Below, one piece after another: positions 1 through 9,110 of a DNA stretch of 32,000 nt. The notes beneath the pieces are model-generated. The model had not been told where the DNA came from and ran no database searches. It worked only from the letters and a program-made list of their open reading frames with translations. The first letter of the stretch is position 1, and each line of letters opens with the position of its first letter. The translations under genes were made by a program, and so were the position numbers. This DNA comes from Nitrosopumilus maritimus SCM1 (GTDB lineage: Archaea > Thermoproteota > Nitrososphaeria > Nitrososphaerales > Nitrosopumilaceae): contig NC_010085.1 of assembly GCF_000018465.1 (NCBI RefSeq), positions 630,001 to 662,000 on the forward strand, written 5' to 3'.

Positions 1-36
1 TATCTGTAATATATGCATGTTATAGAAAAAAGAGAT

Positions 37-174
37 TTAGTGGCTGTGTCCACAACCGCAGGAGTCATGTCCATGACTACCTTGTGATTCCTTTCCGTCA
101 CATCTAGAGCATTTGTCTGAACCTGTTGCAGAGAAAAATCCTATGCCACAAGAGACACATTTTTGATTTGCCAT
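37..174 (-). CDS. Cys/His-rich mini-protein (45 aa), putative zinc ribbon with His/Cys tail
   Basis: Hand translation of the minus strand gives MANQKCVSCGIGFFSATGSDKCSRCDGKESQGSHGHDSCGCGHSH*; two CxxC pairs; below the ORF-track length cutoff. Confidence 0.55.
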   Translation of the reverse strand: MANQKCVSCGIGFFSATGSDKCSRCDGKESQGSHGHDSCGCGHSH

Positions 175-213
175 GGGTTTAATGAAAAATTACTGTATTT
201 ATTGAATACTGAT

Positions 214-555
214 TTATCCGCTTGGTCTGGCGCTTCCTACTTCGCCTTTCTTTTGGAATTTTCTGTATTCACCTATTACTCCACTACATTTTTCACAGAC
301 ATATTGCCCTCTTTCAATTAAGATCAAATTGTCTGCAACTTCTTCATTAGGACTTTCTTCTAACTGAATTTTTGGTGGATTATCAAATTCTGTTTCACAA
401 TTATTACAATAGTGTTTGAGCATTTTTTCAGTTTCAATTTTTCCAATTGGAGCCAAAAATAATTTTCCAACACCTAGATCTGCTTTTTTAGCTTGCTCAT
501 CAGTAAGGTCTGCAATAACATATCCTCCAGAACCTTGAACTTTTAATTCTGCCAT
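214..555 (-). CDS. Conserved hypothetical zinc-ribbon protein
   Basis: 113 aa ORF with CNNCETEF ... CEKCSG CxxC pairs. Confidence 0.75.
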   Translation of the reverse strand: MAELKVQGSGGYVIADLTDEQAKKADLGVGKLFLAPIGKIETEKMLKHYCNNCETEFDNPPKIQLEESPNEEVADNLILIERGQYVCEKCSGVIGEYRKFQKKGEVGSARPSG

Positions 556-614
556 TTCACATTGTTCTTTTTTTAGTTATTAAAATACTATTTGTGATAA
601 AATGATGATTGTTG

Positions 615-725
615 ATAACAACGAGACACACGGAAAGCGTATTTTTTTCCTAGGACGTTGACCTAACATGAAACGCTTTCCATACCATCACTCTACGACG
701 CAGAACAACGGTTTTCTCGTTATAT
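615..725. ncRNA. Candidate structured RNA (family unknown)
   Basis: Nested inverted repeats in an ORF-free region: AACGAGA (620-626)/TCTCGTT (715-721) and GGAAAGCGT (632-640)/ACGCTTTCC (673-681). Local GC about 44% by hand count in an AT-rich background; AT-rich TATA-like sequence upstream on the + strand (about 577-586). Confidence 0.35.
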
Positions 726-789
726 AATATACGTCAAAATGATATTTAACAATGATCATGATTATCACCTGATGCCAACCTTGTATTCA

Positions 790-978
790 TCATGAATTGA
801 TGAACACTTTGGAATTTGATACAGTTATCATTTCTGCCATTGCAATTGGAATTTTTTCTTTTTTTGCAACATCTGCCAATTCGTTTTGGTGTTCTTCTCT
901 CAAATGTTTTAGAAATTCTTCTTCTTCGATGTTGTTCTGTTTGAAATTACATTCTGGAAATACACAGTTGAAATTCAA
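790..978 (-). CDS. Small C2H2-type zinc finger protein
   Basis: 62 aa, FNCVFPECNFKQNNIEEEEFLKHLREEHQ fits Cx4-5C...Hx3-4H; TTG start overlapping the upstream mini-ORF stop. Confidence 0.65.
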   Translation of the reverse strand: MNFNCVFPECNFKQNNIEEEEFLKHLREEHQNELADVAKKEKIPIAMAEMITVSNSKVFINS

Positions 979-1106
979 TTTTTACTCTCTAACTCTTTGA
1001 TTTTAGCCTCAAGTTCTTGAATTTTTTTTCGTAATTCTATATTTTCATCTCGAAGTGAATCTATCTCTCTTTGGTGTATTTCACTAAGATCCATAATTTT
1101 TCTCAT
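975..1106 (-). CDS. Coiled-coil mini-protein (43 aa)
   Basis: MRKIMDLSEIHQREIDSLRDENIELRKKIQELEAKIKELESKN*; heptad pattern; TGA stop overlaps the TTG start of the C2H2 ORF (TTGA). Start may be internal Met (about 1094). Confidence 0.5.
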   Translation of the reverse strand: MRKIMDLSEIHQREIDSLRDENIELRKKIQELEAKIKELESKN

Positions 1107-1180
1107 CTGTCTGTAAACTTAAGCGTAATGTTTGCTTTCTCAAACCATAGGTTCTTATCTAAAATTTCTCAGCAAAATTC

Positions 1181-2062
1181 ATGGATAAAATTAAGCAAAA
1201 TTCTCCTGTTCTGTTCTACTTTAATCATTCAAAAAAATGGCTCGTTAAAATATCAAAAAAAGACTCCCTTCATACACATATTGGAGTTATCAAACACTCT
1301 GATGCTATTGGAAAAGAATATGGTTCTAGATTAATCACAAACAAGGACAAGTATGTCTATCTTCTCAAACCAACAATGTATGACTATGTAATGAAAATCC
1401 AACATGGAACTCAGATAGTCTATCCAAAAGATATTGGTTACATTATTGCAAGAGCTGGAATAGAGAGCGGTCAAAAAATTTTAGAAATCGGAACAGGTAG
1501 TGGCTCACTTACATCTTGTGTTGCAAGTATTGTAAAACCACGTGGACATGTCTACACATTTGATGTTGATGAAAATTTCATGAAGATTGCAGAGAAAAAT
1601 ATCGAAAAAGCTGGAGTTTCAAAATATGTAACACAACACAATCAAGATTTGAAAACTGCAAAGAAGATGCCTCTCAAAGACATGGATGTTGCACTAATTG
1701 ATCTTGGTGATCCATGGATAGTGATTCCTCAAGTTCGAGAGATGCTAAAGGGCAGCGGTTCTATTTTTGCAATCTGCCCTACAATGAACCAATTGGAGAA
1801 ATTGACTATGACTCTAGTTGAAAATGAATTCACTGATATTGAATCAACTGAACATATTTTGAGAACCATCGAAGCCCGTGAAGGAAAAACAAGACATTCA
1901 TTTCAAGGCATAGGTCATACAACCTATCTCTGCTTTGCAAGAAAGGCATTTTTTGGCAGAGATGCAAAGAAATCTTCTTCAAAAACTAGCAAGCCTACTT
2001 CTAAAACAAGCAAAAAGACTGTCAAAAAAGCCGCCAAGAAAACAAGCAAGAAAACATCCTAA
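1181..2062 (+). CDS. trmI: tRNA (adenine-58-N1)-methyltransferase, TrmI family, with Lys/Ser/Thr-rich C-terminal tail
   Basis: ILEIGTGSGSLTSCVASIVKPRGHVYTFDVDENF SAM-binding motif, IALIDLGDPW-like motif, TrmI-type N-terminus. Confidence 0.88.
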   Translation: MDKIKQNSPVLFYFNHSKKWLVKISKKDSLHTHIGVIKHSDAIGKEYGSRLITNKDKYVYLLKPTMYDYVMKIQHGTQIVYPKDIGYIIARAGIESGQKILEIGTGSGSLTSCVASIVKPRGHVYTFDVDENFMKIAEKNIEKAGVSKYVTQHNQDLKTAKKMPLKDMDVALIDLGDPWIVIPQVREMLKGSGSIFAICPTMNQLEKLTMTLVENEFTDIESTEHILRTIEAREGKTRHSFQGIGHTTYLCFARKAFFGRDAKKSSSKTSKPTSKTSKKTVKKAAKKTSKKTS

Positions 2063-2106
2063 CTCTCAAAACAAGATTTATTCATCTATTCATTAGAGGT
2101 ATCATA

Positions 2107-2970
2107 TTGGCACGAAAAACACTAACTACTGCACTTGTGAAAAAATTCATTCCATCTAGAAAATCAAAATCCCGCAAAGGTGAGAACGGTATTGTTCTAG
2201 TTGTTGGTGGAAGTTACATTTACCACGGTGCCCCCATACTGTCTTCGATTGCTGCATTACGTTCTGGCACTGATTTAGTTTACACATCTGTTCCAAAAAT
2301 CAATGTTGCATCTACTCGCTCTGTTTCTCCTAATCTGATTGTAATCCCCCTAGTTGATCAAAAATTAACTCGTGGTGCTGTAAACAAACTCTTAGGTGCA
2401 TTGCCACGAAAACTTGATTCTGCAACAATTGGAATGGGTCTTGCAATTCAAGAAAAAAATGCACTTTTGCATCTTGTAAAATCTCTTTTGGATAGAGATG
2501 TACGATTATCCCTTGATGCAAGTGCGCTGATTCCAGAAGTTTTGCCGTTGTTAGCAAACAAGAATGTAGTCGTTACTCCTCATGCTGGTGAATTTAAGAG
2601 ATTATTTGGGCAAGTTCCTTCCAATTCTAAAAATGAGAGAATCAAACTAGTAGAGGAAAAAGCAAAAGAGTTTGGAATTACAGTTTTGCTTAAGGGCTCA
2701 ACTGATATTATCTCTAATGGAAGTACCACCTATCTTTATGAGAAAAAAATTCCTGCAATGACTGTTGGTGGAACTGGTGATGTACTATCTGGATTGGTTG
2801 CAGGGCTTTTATCTAAAAACAGAAAACCATTAGAATCTGCTGCTGCTGCTGCATTCATTAACGGATTAGCAGGAAAAGTAGTTCAAAAGAAATTAGGACT
2901 ACATATGACTTCGATGGACCTCCTACCTGAGATTTCAACTGTCATGAAGCCCTTTGATAAAATAATGTGA
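2107..2970 (+). CDS. nnrD: ADP-dependent NAD(P)H-hydrate dehydratase (YjeF C-terminal domain / ribokinase-like fold)
   Basis: VVTPHAGEFKRLFG and TVGGTGDVLSGLVAGLL motifs; TTG start. Confidence 0.85.
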   Translation: MARKTLTTALVKKFIPSRKSKSRKGENGIVLVVGGSYIYHGAPILSSIAALRSGTDLVYTSVPKINVASTRSVSPNLIVIPLVDQKLTRGAVNKLLGALPRKLDSATIGMGLAIQEKNALLHLVKSLLDRDVRLSLDASALIPEVLPLLANKNVVVTPHAGEFKRLFGQVPSNSKNERIKLVEEKAKEFGITVLLKGSTDIISNGSTTYLYEKKIPAMTVGGTGDVLSGLVAGLLSKNRKPLESAAAAAFINGLAGKVVQKKLGLHMTSMDLLPEISTVMKPFDKIM

Positions 2971-2974
2971 TATA

Positions 2975-4327
2975 ATGAATCCTCTAAAACATGTTGATGA
3001 TCACATGGAAGATTTGATTTCAGATCTTCAGACATTAATCAGACAGCCTAGTGTTTCTGCAAAAAACGAAGGAATTGAAGAATGTGCAAAACTAGTTCAA
3101 AAATTATTAAAAAAATCTGGTGTAAAATCTGAAATTTTGAGATTGAAAAAAGGAGTTGCTCCTATTGTGTATGGAGAAGTAAAATCAAAACAAAACCCAA
3201 ACAAGACTCTGATGTTTTACAATCATTATGACGTTCAACCTGCAGAACCCTTTGATTTGTGGGATTCTCCACCATTTAGTGGAACTAGAAAGGGAAACAA
3301 AATCTTTGGACGCGGTGCCACTGATGACAAAGGTGAACTAATTACCCGAATCAAAGCAGTTGATGCTTGTCTAAAAGCAACTGGTGATGTTCCATGTAAC
3401 ATAAAATTTGTAATTGAAGGTGAAGAGGAAACTGGTAGTGCGAACATTGAAGACTATCTAAAAAAATACAAAAAGAAATTTTCCTGTGATGGTGTTATCT
3501 GGGAGTTTGGTTATGTTGATGCAAAAAATCGGCCTATCATTGGACTTGGAATGAAAGGATTGCTTTTTGTTGAATTGTCTGTTAAAGAGTCTACTCGAGA
3601 TGCTCACTCTAGTTTAGCAGTATTGATCAAAAACCCTGCTTGGAGATTAATTGAAGCAGTTCATTCTCTACGTGACTCTAATGGAAAAATTCTGATTAAA
3701 GATTGGTACAAAGAGGTAACTCCACTATCAAAACAAGATTTGAAATTGATTCAAAGTGAACCATTTGATGAAAATGATTTCAAAAAAGAATTTGGCATCA
3801 AATCTTTTGTTGGAAACAAAAAAGGACTTGATGCAAAAAAGGCTCTAGTTGGAGGGGCTACTTGTAATATTGCAGGATTTGTGTCTGGCTATACGGGAGA
3901 TGGAGCTAAAACTGTACTTCCCTCAGAATCTCTTGTAAAAATTGATTTTAGATTGGTTCCTAAAATGGACCCAAAAAAACAAGTTATGCGTTTGAAAAGA
4001 CACCTAAAATCAAAAGGATTCTCTGATATTGGCATCAAAGTTTTTCATGGTGAAGCCGCCGCTAGAACAAATTCTTCAAATCCATTTGTTTCTCAAGTAA
4101 AAGATGCAGCTGACAAATCCTTTGGAACATCAATTCTCAATGTTTCTAATGCTGGTACTGGTCCAATGTATCCATTTGTAGAAATTCTAAAAGCCCCCTG
4201 TATTGCAATTGGAAGCACCTACATGTTCTCAAGAATTCACTCTCCAAATGAATTTGCACGTGTTGATTTGCTCAAGAAAATGACAAAATGTGCATGTCTA
4301 ATAATGGATAATTTTGGAAAATCCTAG
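2975..4327 (+). CDS. M20-family metallopeptidase (dipeptidase / ArgE-DapE-like)
   Basis: MFYNHYDVQP, FGRGATDDKGE and EGEEETGS metal-ligand motifs; 450 aa. Confidence 0.9.
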   Translation: MNPLKHVDDHMEDLISDLQTLIRQPSVSAKNEGIEECAKLVQKLLKKSGVKSEILRLKKGVAPIVYGEVKSKQNPNKTLMFYNHYDVQPAEPFDLWDSPPFSGTRKGNKIFGRGATDDKGELITRIKAVDACLKATGDVPCNIKFVIEGEEETGSANIEDYLKKYKKKFSCDGVIWEFGYVDAKNRPIIGLGMKGLLFVELSVKESTRDAHSSLAVLIKNPAWRLIEAVHSLRDSNGKILIKDWYKEVTPLSKQDLKLIQSEPFDENDFKKEFGIKSFVGNKKGLDAKKALVGGATCNIAGFVSGYTGDGAKTVLPSESLVKIDFRLVPKMDPKKQVMRLKRHLKSKGFSDIGIKVFHGEAAARTNSSNPFVSQVKDAADKSFGTSILNVSNAGTGPMYPFVEILKAPCIAIGSTYMFSRIHSPNEFARVDLLKKMTKCACLIMDNFGKS

Positions 4328-4740
4328 TGAATACATCTAGGAATTTTTTTAATTGCTTGTGCTAGCGATATTCTTCCTGGCCCTGCAATCATAATTACTA
4401 GAGATGCTGCAAGCAAAATAACATCAAATTCTACTCCTCCATCCCCTGTCATGCTTTGTGCTCCTTTGATGTGAAATATTGCACCTATCATAACAATTGA
4501 AAGCAATGCTCCTGAAAATCTACTGAGAACTCCAATTATTAACAAAATACCTGGTACAACTTCTGCAAGTGCAATTGGAATTTGCATCTCTGGAGGTAAA
4601 CCCATGTTTGGCAAAGCATTTGCAAAGCCTGGATTAAATTTCATCATTCCATGAAGTATGAAAATTACTCCGATTGCAGATCTTAAGCCCATAAAGACTA
4701 CATCGTTGAGGATGCTTCCTTTAATCTCTGCTGTAGTCAT
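4324..4740 (-). CDS. DoxX-family membrane protein
   Basis: 138 aa, several TM segments, GVIFILHGMMKF and DGGVEFDVILLAASL DoxX-like patterns. Confidence 0.7.
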   Translation of the reverse strand: MTTAEIKGSILNDVVFMGLRSAIGVIFILHGMMKFNPGFANALPNMGLPPEMQIPIALAEVVPGILLIIGVLSRFSGALLSIVMIGAIFHIKGAQSMTGDGGVEFDVILLAASLVIMIAGPGRISLAQAIKKIPRCIH

Positions 4741-4835
4741 GTTGTCATGCGTGTTTTTTTAGTATAATTATTTTGCCCATAGATTATTCGTAGAATGTAG
4801 AAAGCCCTTTATTATGTGGCAAAATTATTTGAAAT

Positions 4836-5432
4836 ATGTCAATGTATATGCCAGGAGCAACTGCTGTTGGAATTACTTTTGACGGTGGCGTAGTTTTTGC
4901 TAGCGAAAAAAGGATCGCATTTGGAAACTTTCTTGTAAGTAAAACCACAAAAAAGACATTTCCTATCACTCCTAAAGTTGGAGCCACATGTGCTGGTCTT
5001 GTAGCTGATATGCAAATTTTATCCCTACAAATTGCAGCCCTTGCTAAAATTAGAAAAATGGAACTCAAAAGAGACGTTCCTCCAAATACTGTTGCCAAAA
5101 TGATGTCAAATATGATGTATGAGCGAAGATATTTCCCATTATTGACTCAGGTAATTGTTGGTGGTGTTGTCGATAAACCAATTATGTATACTTTGGACCC
5201 ATTAGGTTCTGTATTGCCAGATGAATATGCTGCAGTTGGCACTGGTGCTGAAATGGCATTAGGTGTACTTGATCCTCAATTCAAACCAAACATGACTAAA
5301 GATGAGGCAATTGATTTAGCAAAACGTGCAGTACGTGCAGCATCACTTAGAGATTCTGCAAGTGGTGATGGTGTAGATGTTCTTGTCATTACCAAAGACG
5401 GTACTGAAGAATTTACCGAAGAAATCAAATAG
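4836..5432 (+). CDS. psmB: Proteasome beta subunit, apparently non-catalytic (PsmB1-like)
   Basis: GATAVGITFDGGVVFASEKRIAFGNFLVSKTTKK...GSGAEMALGVLD-type and RDSASGDGVDVLVI motifs; position 1 is Ala not Thr. Confidence 0.9.
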   Translation: MSMYMPGATAVGITFDGGVVFASEKRIAFGNFLVSKTTKKTFPITPKVGATCAGLVADMQILSLQIAALAKIRKMELKRDVPPNTVAKMMSNMMYERRYFPLLTQVIVGGVVDKPIMYTLDPLGSVLPDEYAAVGTGAEMALGVLDPQFKPNMTKDEAIDLAKRAVRAASLRDSASGDGVDVLVITKDGTEEFTEEIK

Positions 5433-5441
5433 ATTTTAAAA

Positions 5442-5918
5442 TTAATCGTAAATCGTTTTTCCAGTTTCCCAGAATTTATCTGAAATGTAATGTAGATTTT
5501 TCAAAACTTCGCCCTTGTCCATTTTTTCTACTTCTTCACTTGAAACAACTGATTTTCCTACTGCCAAAAATTTGTGTTGGGATTCTTCAACAATACAAAC
5601 TAGCTTATCTTTTTCAAATTCTGTAAATGATCTAATCCCTGGTCTCATCAAGTTTGCACCTTTGCACATGAATTTGACTGCACCCATGTCTACTGTAACA
5701 CTAGGAAATTTTTCCAGAGTCTCTGTTTCTGATAAAAATGGTAAATAATCATCGTTGATTTTTAGAATCTTGATACCTTTTCCAGTTATGATTTGTGCAT
5801 CATCTAAAATTTGATGTACTTTGAGATTTTTGATTTTGGGAAATTCAATTCCCCATTCTTCTGAAACTGTCTTTAAGAGTGCAGATGTCTCACTCTTTGA
5901 AATTAGATTTGATTTCAA
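5442..5918 (-). CDS. PUA-domain RNA-binding protein
   Basis: C-terminal VTVDMGAVKFMCKGANLMRPGIRSF...DKLVCIVEESQHKFLAVGKSVVSS is typical of archaeal MCT-1-like PUA proteins. Confidence 0.8.
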   Translation of the reverse strand: MKSNLISKSETSALLKTVSEEWGIEFPKIKNLKVHQILDDAQIITGKGIKILKINDDYLPFLSETETLEKFPSVTVDMGAVKFMCKGANLMRPGIRSFTEFEKDKLVCIVEESQHKFLAVGKSVVSSEEVEKMDKGEVLKNLHYISDKFWETGKTIYD

Positions 5919-6925
5919 GTTCTGGCAATCTCTTGTCTAATGTCTAGCAAATCTCTTAGTATGGAACTTGCAGTCTCCATGCCTCCTGCACCACGTCCAA
6001 TAATTGTCTGTGTGCCTGAATGCTCTGATGTAAATGCAATTGCATTAAGTGTACCATTTACACATAATGGATCATCATTTGGAATTTCTTTTGGAGCAAC
6101 TATCAATTCTTTATTGCATGATGCAATCAGTTTTACTGCACAATTGTTTTTCTCTGCTTTTTTGATATCTTCTGTGGTTACTTTGCGAATTCCAGTACAA
6201 TTAATGTCTGGCATTGTAACTTTCATTCCCATAATCCAATTTGCAAGAATCACTAATTTGGCTGCAGCGTCAAGTCCGTCTAAATCTAATGCTTCATCTG
6301 CCTCTACGTAGCCCTTGTCTTGGGCATCTTTTAGTGCATCTTCATATGAAACTCCTGTTGCCATGTTTGTTAGGATATAGTTTGTAGTTCCATTTAGAAT
6401 GCCTGCAAATGATGTGATTCTTTCGCCACTAAGACTGTTTTTTGCATAATCTAGAATTGGTGTTCCCCCACCTACGGTTCCACTAAATTTGAACATGACT
6501 CGATTGTATGTTGCAAGCTCCATTAATGATGGAAATGCTAGTGCCAGAGGTCCTTTGTTTACTGATATTACATGCATTCCTTTTTTCATTGCAGTGATAA
6601 TGTGTGTCATTCCAGGTTCAGCATCTTTGTAGTTGCTTGCAGTAGTTTCAATGAGCACATCTGCCTCTACATTTTTGAGCATGTCAATACCTGACATTGT
6701 ATTTTTTGTATCAGCGTAATTTTTTACAGTTCCAAATTTTTTCTTAACTTCGATGAGTTTGTTTAACTCTAATCCTGAAGAATCCATTGCACTCCCTTTA
6801 CTGTCAAACACTCCCACTACTCTAGGTTTGAGTCCATACTTTGCATACAGGTCTTCTGCTCTGGATTCAAATAATTTTACTAAACTTTGGCCAACAACGC
6901 CAAATCCACATAATATTATTCTCAA
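5915..6925 (-). CDS. hom: Homoserine dehydrogenase
   Basis: GFGVVGQSLVKL N-terminus, ETTASNYKD, GTVGGGTPILDYAK, GILNGTTNYILTNM, GYVEADEALDLDGLDAAAKLVILAN motifs. Confidence 0.95.
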   Translation of the reverse strand: MRIILCGFGVVGQSLVKLFESRAEDLYAKYGLKPRVVGVFDSKGSAMDSSGLELNKLIEVKKKFGTVKNYADTKNTMSGIDMLKNVEADVLIETTASNYKDAEPGMTHIITAMKKGMHVISVNKGPLALAFPSLMELATYNRVMFKFSGTVGGGTPILDYAKNSLSGERITSFAGILNGTTNYILTNMATGVSYEDALKDAQDKGYVEADEALDLDGLDAAAKLVILANWIMGMKVTMPDINCTGIRKVTTEDIKKAEKNNCAVKLIASCNKELIVAPKEIPNDDPLCVNGTLNAIAFTSEHSGTQTIIGRGAGGMETASSILRDLLDIRQEIART

Positions 6926-7017
6926 ATTACGTCATTCCTTTTACTATGATTGTTGCTCATTTTCTTTTTCATTTGATTTTCTTATCATTAAATGTGTTTT
7001 ATTAATAATTTTTGAAA

Positions 7018-7425
7018 TTATTGACTTTCTTCATCTTTTTCATGTTGTAATGAAATTGAATTGATACAATATCTCTGGTTTGTAGGCTTGGGACCATCAT
7101 CAAAAACATGTCCCAAATGTGCTCCACACTTGTTGCAGTTAACTTCGGTTCTTACCATTCCATATGATGTGTCAGATATGTACTCTATCTTGTCTTCTGA
7201 AAGTGGTTCCCAAAAACTTGGCCATCCTGAACCTGAATCAAATTTTGCGTCTGATGAGAATAATTCTTCTCCGCAACAAGTGCATTTGAACTTCCCTTCC
7301 AGTTTTGTATTGTTGTATTTGCCAGAAAATGGCGGTTCGGTTCCATGATTTATGCAAATTTCGTATTGATCCGGTGTTAGTTGATCCTTCCATTCCTCAG
7401 GGGTTTTTCTAATTTTTTCTGACAT
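7018..7425 (-). CDS. msrB: Peptide-methionine (R)-S-oxide reductase
   Basis: CTCCGEELF, GSGWPSFWEP, CNKCGAHLGHVFDDGPKPTNQRYCINSISL. Confidence 0.96.
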   Translation of the reverse strand: MSEKIRKTPEEWKDQLTPDQYEICINHGTEPPFSGKYNNTKLEGKFKCTCCGEELFSSDAKFDSGSGWPSFWEPLSEDKIEYISDTSYGMVRTEVNCNKCGAHLGHVFDDGPKPTNQRYCINSISLQHEKDEESQ

Positions 7426-7461
7426 GTCTTAATTTACTTTTGAAATTATTTGAATATTCTT

Positions 7462-9099
7462 CTATTTTAGCTTCTTTCTTTTTTCTTCAGTTCTTTTCTC
7501 TGATTCAAATCTCTCTAAATCATACTCTTTCATATCTACAAACTTCATAATTTTACTCAAATTTGGATGAACCTTGTTAATTTGTTGGAACATTTGTTGT
7601 GCAACTCTTCTATAGTCTACATGACCTTGAGGAACTGTTCTTAATTCAATTAAATGACATGCTTCTCTTAAATTAAATTTCATAAAGTAAGGATAATTGT
7701 ATGCAAAATTTACTACATATTGTCCTTGCTCTGGATATTTTTTTCTAATTTCATCAAATGTTTCTTTTGTTTTGTTCATACAATCTTTAAAGTCCTTTTC
7801 AATCCCAAGAATCTTTATTTCATTAGGTATGTTGTATCCATGATCTGTTGTAAGTAGTTGTCTTTCTAACGTTAATGCTCTATGTCTGTGAAAATCTCTG
7901 AACATTCCAAAATTATTGTACAAATCAAATGTGTAATAGATATTCTCAAATGCTCGTGATGGTCTGTGCCTTCTATTTGTTCGAAGTTTTGCAAACTCGT
8001 CAATAATTTTTGCTTTATTTTGCATTGACATTTTTTTGACTTGCTGTAAAATGTCTTGATATGATGTACTTGGTGATTGTTCATACATTATACTGGTAAT
8101 TATTTTATCAATTGCAGTTTTCTCTGATTCGTAATCTACTAACTTTGTCCTTGTTCCTTTTTTTGGATTTGATTTAATCTGTTTTGAAGAAATTGTTTTT
8201 GATTTATTTTTTACATCTCTGAGATATTTTTGAAATGCTTTTCCATGTTTGTCATCTGCTCTTCGAACAAACGATTTGATGATTTTATCGAGCTCTTTCT
8301 TGATTTTTGAGGCTAAATCTTGCTCTTCTTTGAGCTCTGATGAGCCTAAAACCGTTAGTAGATATTCAAACGCACGTCCATTGCCTGTAATTCCAACATT
8401 TGTCAAAGTTGATGCAGGTAGCAATCCTCTCAAAATATCTAATGCTTTAGCTTTAGTAGAACCCCTGTAAATCATATTTGCAGATTTTATGTCACTTTCA
8501 TTTTTCAATTTAGAAAATGATTTTTCTTTTCCATCTCTAGAATCTTTAAAATTATATTTTTCAATTGGATATTTTTCTCTAACATAATTTATCATTGGTT
8601 CAATGTTTTTTGAATAAACATCAAATGAAAAATTACATGTATCTTCATACATGTCTGCAAATTTTGATTTCATGATTTCTGGATCTCTATAAAATCTGTA
8701 TTTTCCATTTTCTTTTTTATTCCATGCAACATATCTTGATGATTTTTCTAAATATGATAACCCAATTCTTCTATCTTCGATTTTTTTTACTGCAATGTTT
8801 GACAATCCTTCAATTGCAATTTGAGCTTCTCCAAGTTCTGCAACTGAATCATCTCCATATTCTAAAAGTACTCTGTTGTAAAATTCCTCTCCTCTGTTTT
8901 TGTTATTTAGAAATTCGTCAAGAAAAATTCGTCTCATACTTTTGTCTGTTCTACTGTATCTTGACATCAATGCACCACGATCAACTTGTTGTGGTGTTAT
9001 TATGGCAAACACATTGCCATCAGTATTTGAAAAATGATCTGATAGAATCTTTTTTTCTTTAACTGAAAATTCTGACAATATTGATGTCAGGCTTTTCAA
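7462..9099 (-). CDS. Two-domain FAD-dependent thymidylate synthase (ThyX)-like protein
   Basis: 545 aa; N-terminal half [17 protein letters not shown]...[15 protein letters not shown] and C-terminal half [33 protein letters not shown]...[21 protein letters not shown] both align by eye to single ThyX domains. Confidence 0.75.
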   Translation of the reverse strand: MKSLTSILSEFSVKEKKILSDHFSNTDGNVFAIITPQQVDRGALMSRYSRTDKSMRRIFLDEFLNNKNRGEEFYNRVLLEYGDDSVAELGEAQIAIEGLSNIAVKKIEDRRIGLSYLEKSSRYVAWNKKENGKYRFYRDPEIMKSKFADMYEDTCNFSFDVYSKNIEPMINYVREKYPIEKYNFKDSRDGKEKSFSKLKNESDIKSANMIYRGSTKAKALDILRGLLPASTLTNVGITGNGRAFEYLLTVLGSSELKEEQDLASKIKKELDKIIKSFVRRADDKHGKAFQKYLRDVKNKSKTISSKQIKSNPKKGTRTKLVDYESEKTAIDKIITSIMYEQSPSTSYQDILQQVKKMSMQNKAKIIDEFAKLRTNRRHRPSRAFENIYYTFDLYNNFGMFRDFHRHRALTLERQLLTTDHGYNIPNEIKILGIEKDFKDCMNKTKETFDEIRKKYPEQGQYVVNFAYNYPYFMKFNLREACHLIELRTVPQGHVDYRRVAQQMFQQINKVHPNLSKIMKFVDMKEYDLERFESEKRTEEKRKKLK

Positions 9100-9110
9100 T
9101 TATTAATAGT

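Noticed and set aside
602-608. ATGATGA resembling a C box of a C/D sRNA near the first candidate ncRNA
   Set aside because: No suitably spaced CTGA D/D' boxes found by eye; insufficient to call a C/D sRNA
1071-1334. 87-aa ORF overlapping the start of the TrmI gene
   Set aside because: Mostly overlaps the TrmI coding frame with no domain; TrmI frame strongly supported
4784-5098. 104-aa minus-strand ORF antisense to the proteasome gene
   Set aside because: Shadow ORF; the + strand encodes clear proteasome motifs and the antisense product lacks a recognisable domain
5940-7348. Plus-strand ORFs at 5940-6311, 6753-7064 and 7061-7348
   Set aside because: Antisense to hom and msrB, which have strong motif support
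8724-9062. 112-aa + strand ORF within the ThyX-like gene, plus other ORFs at 7872-8084 and 8249-8470
   Set aside because: Antisense to a long ORF with recognisable ThyX motifs; composition (Leu/Phe/Gln-rich) typical of spurious ORFs opposite AT-rich genes
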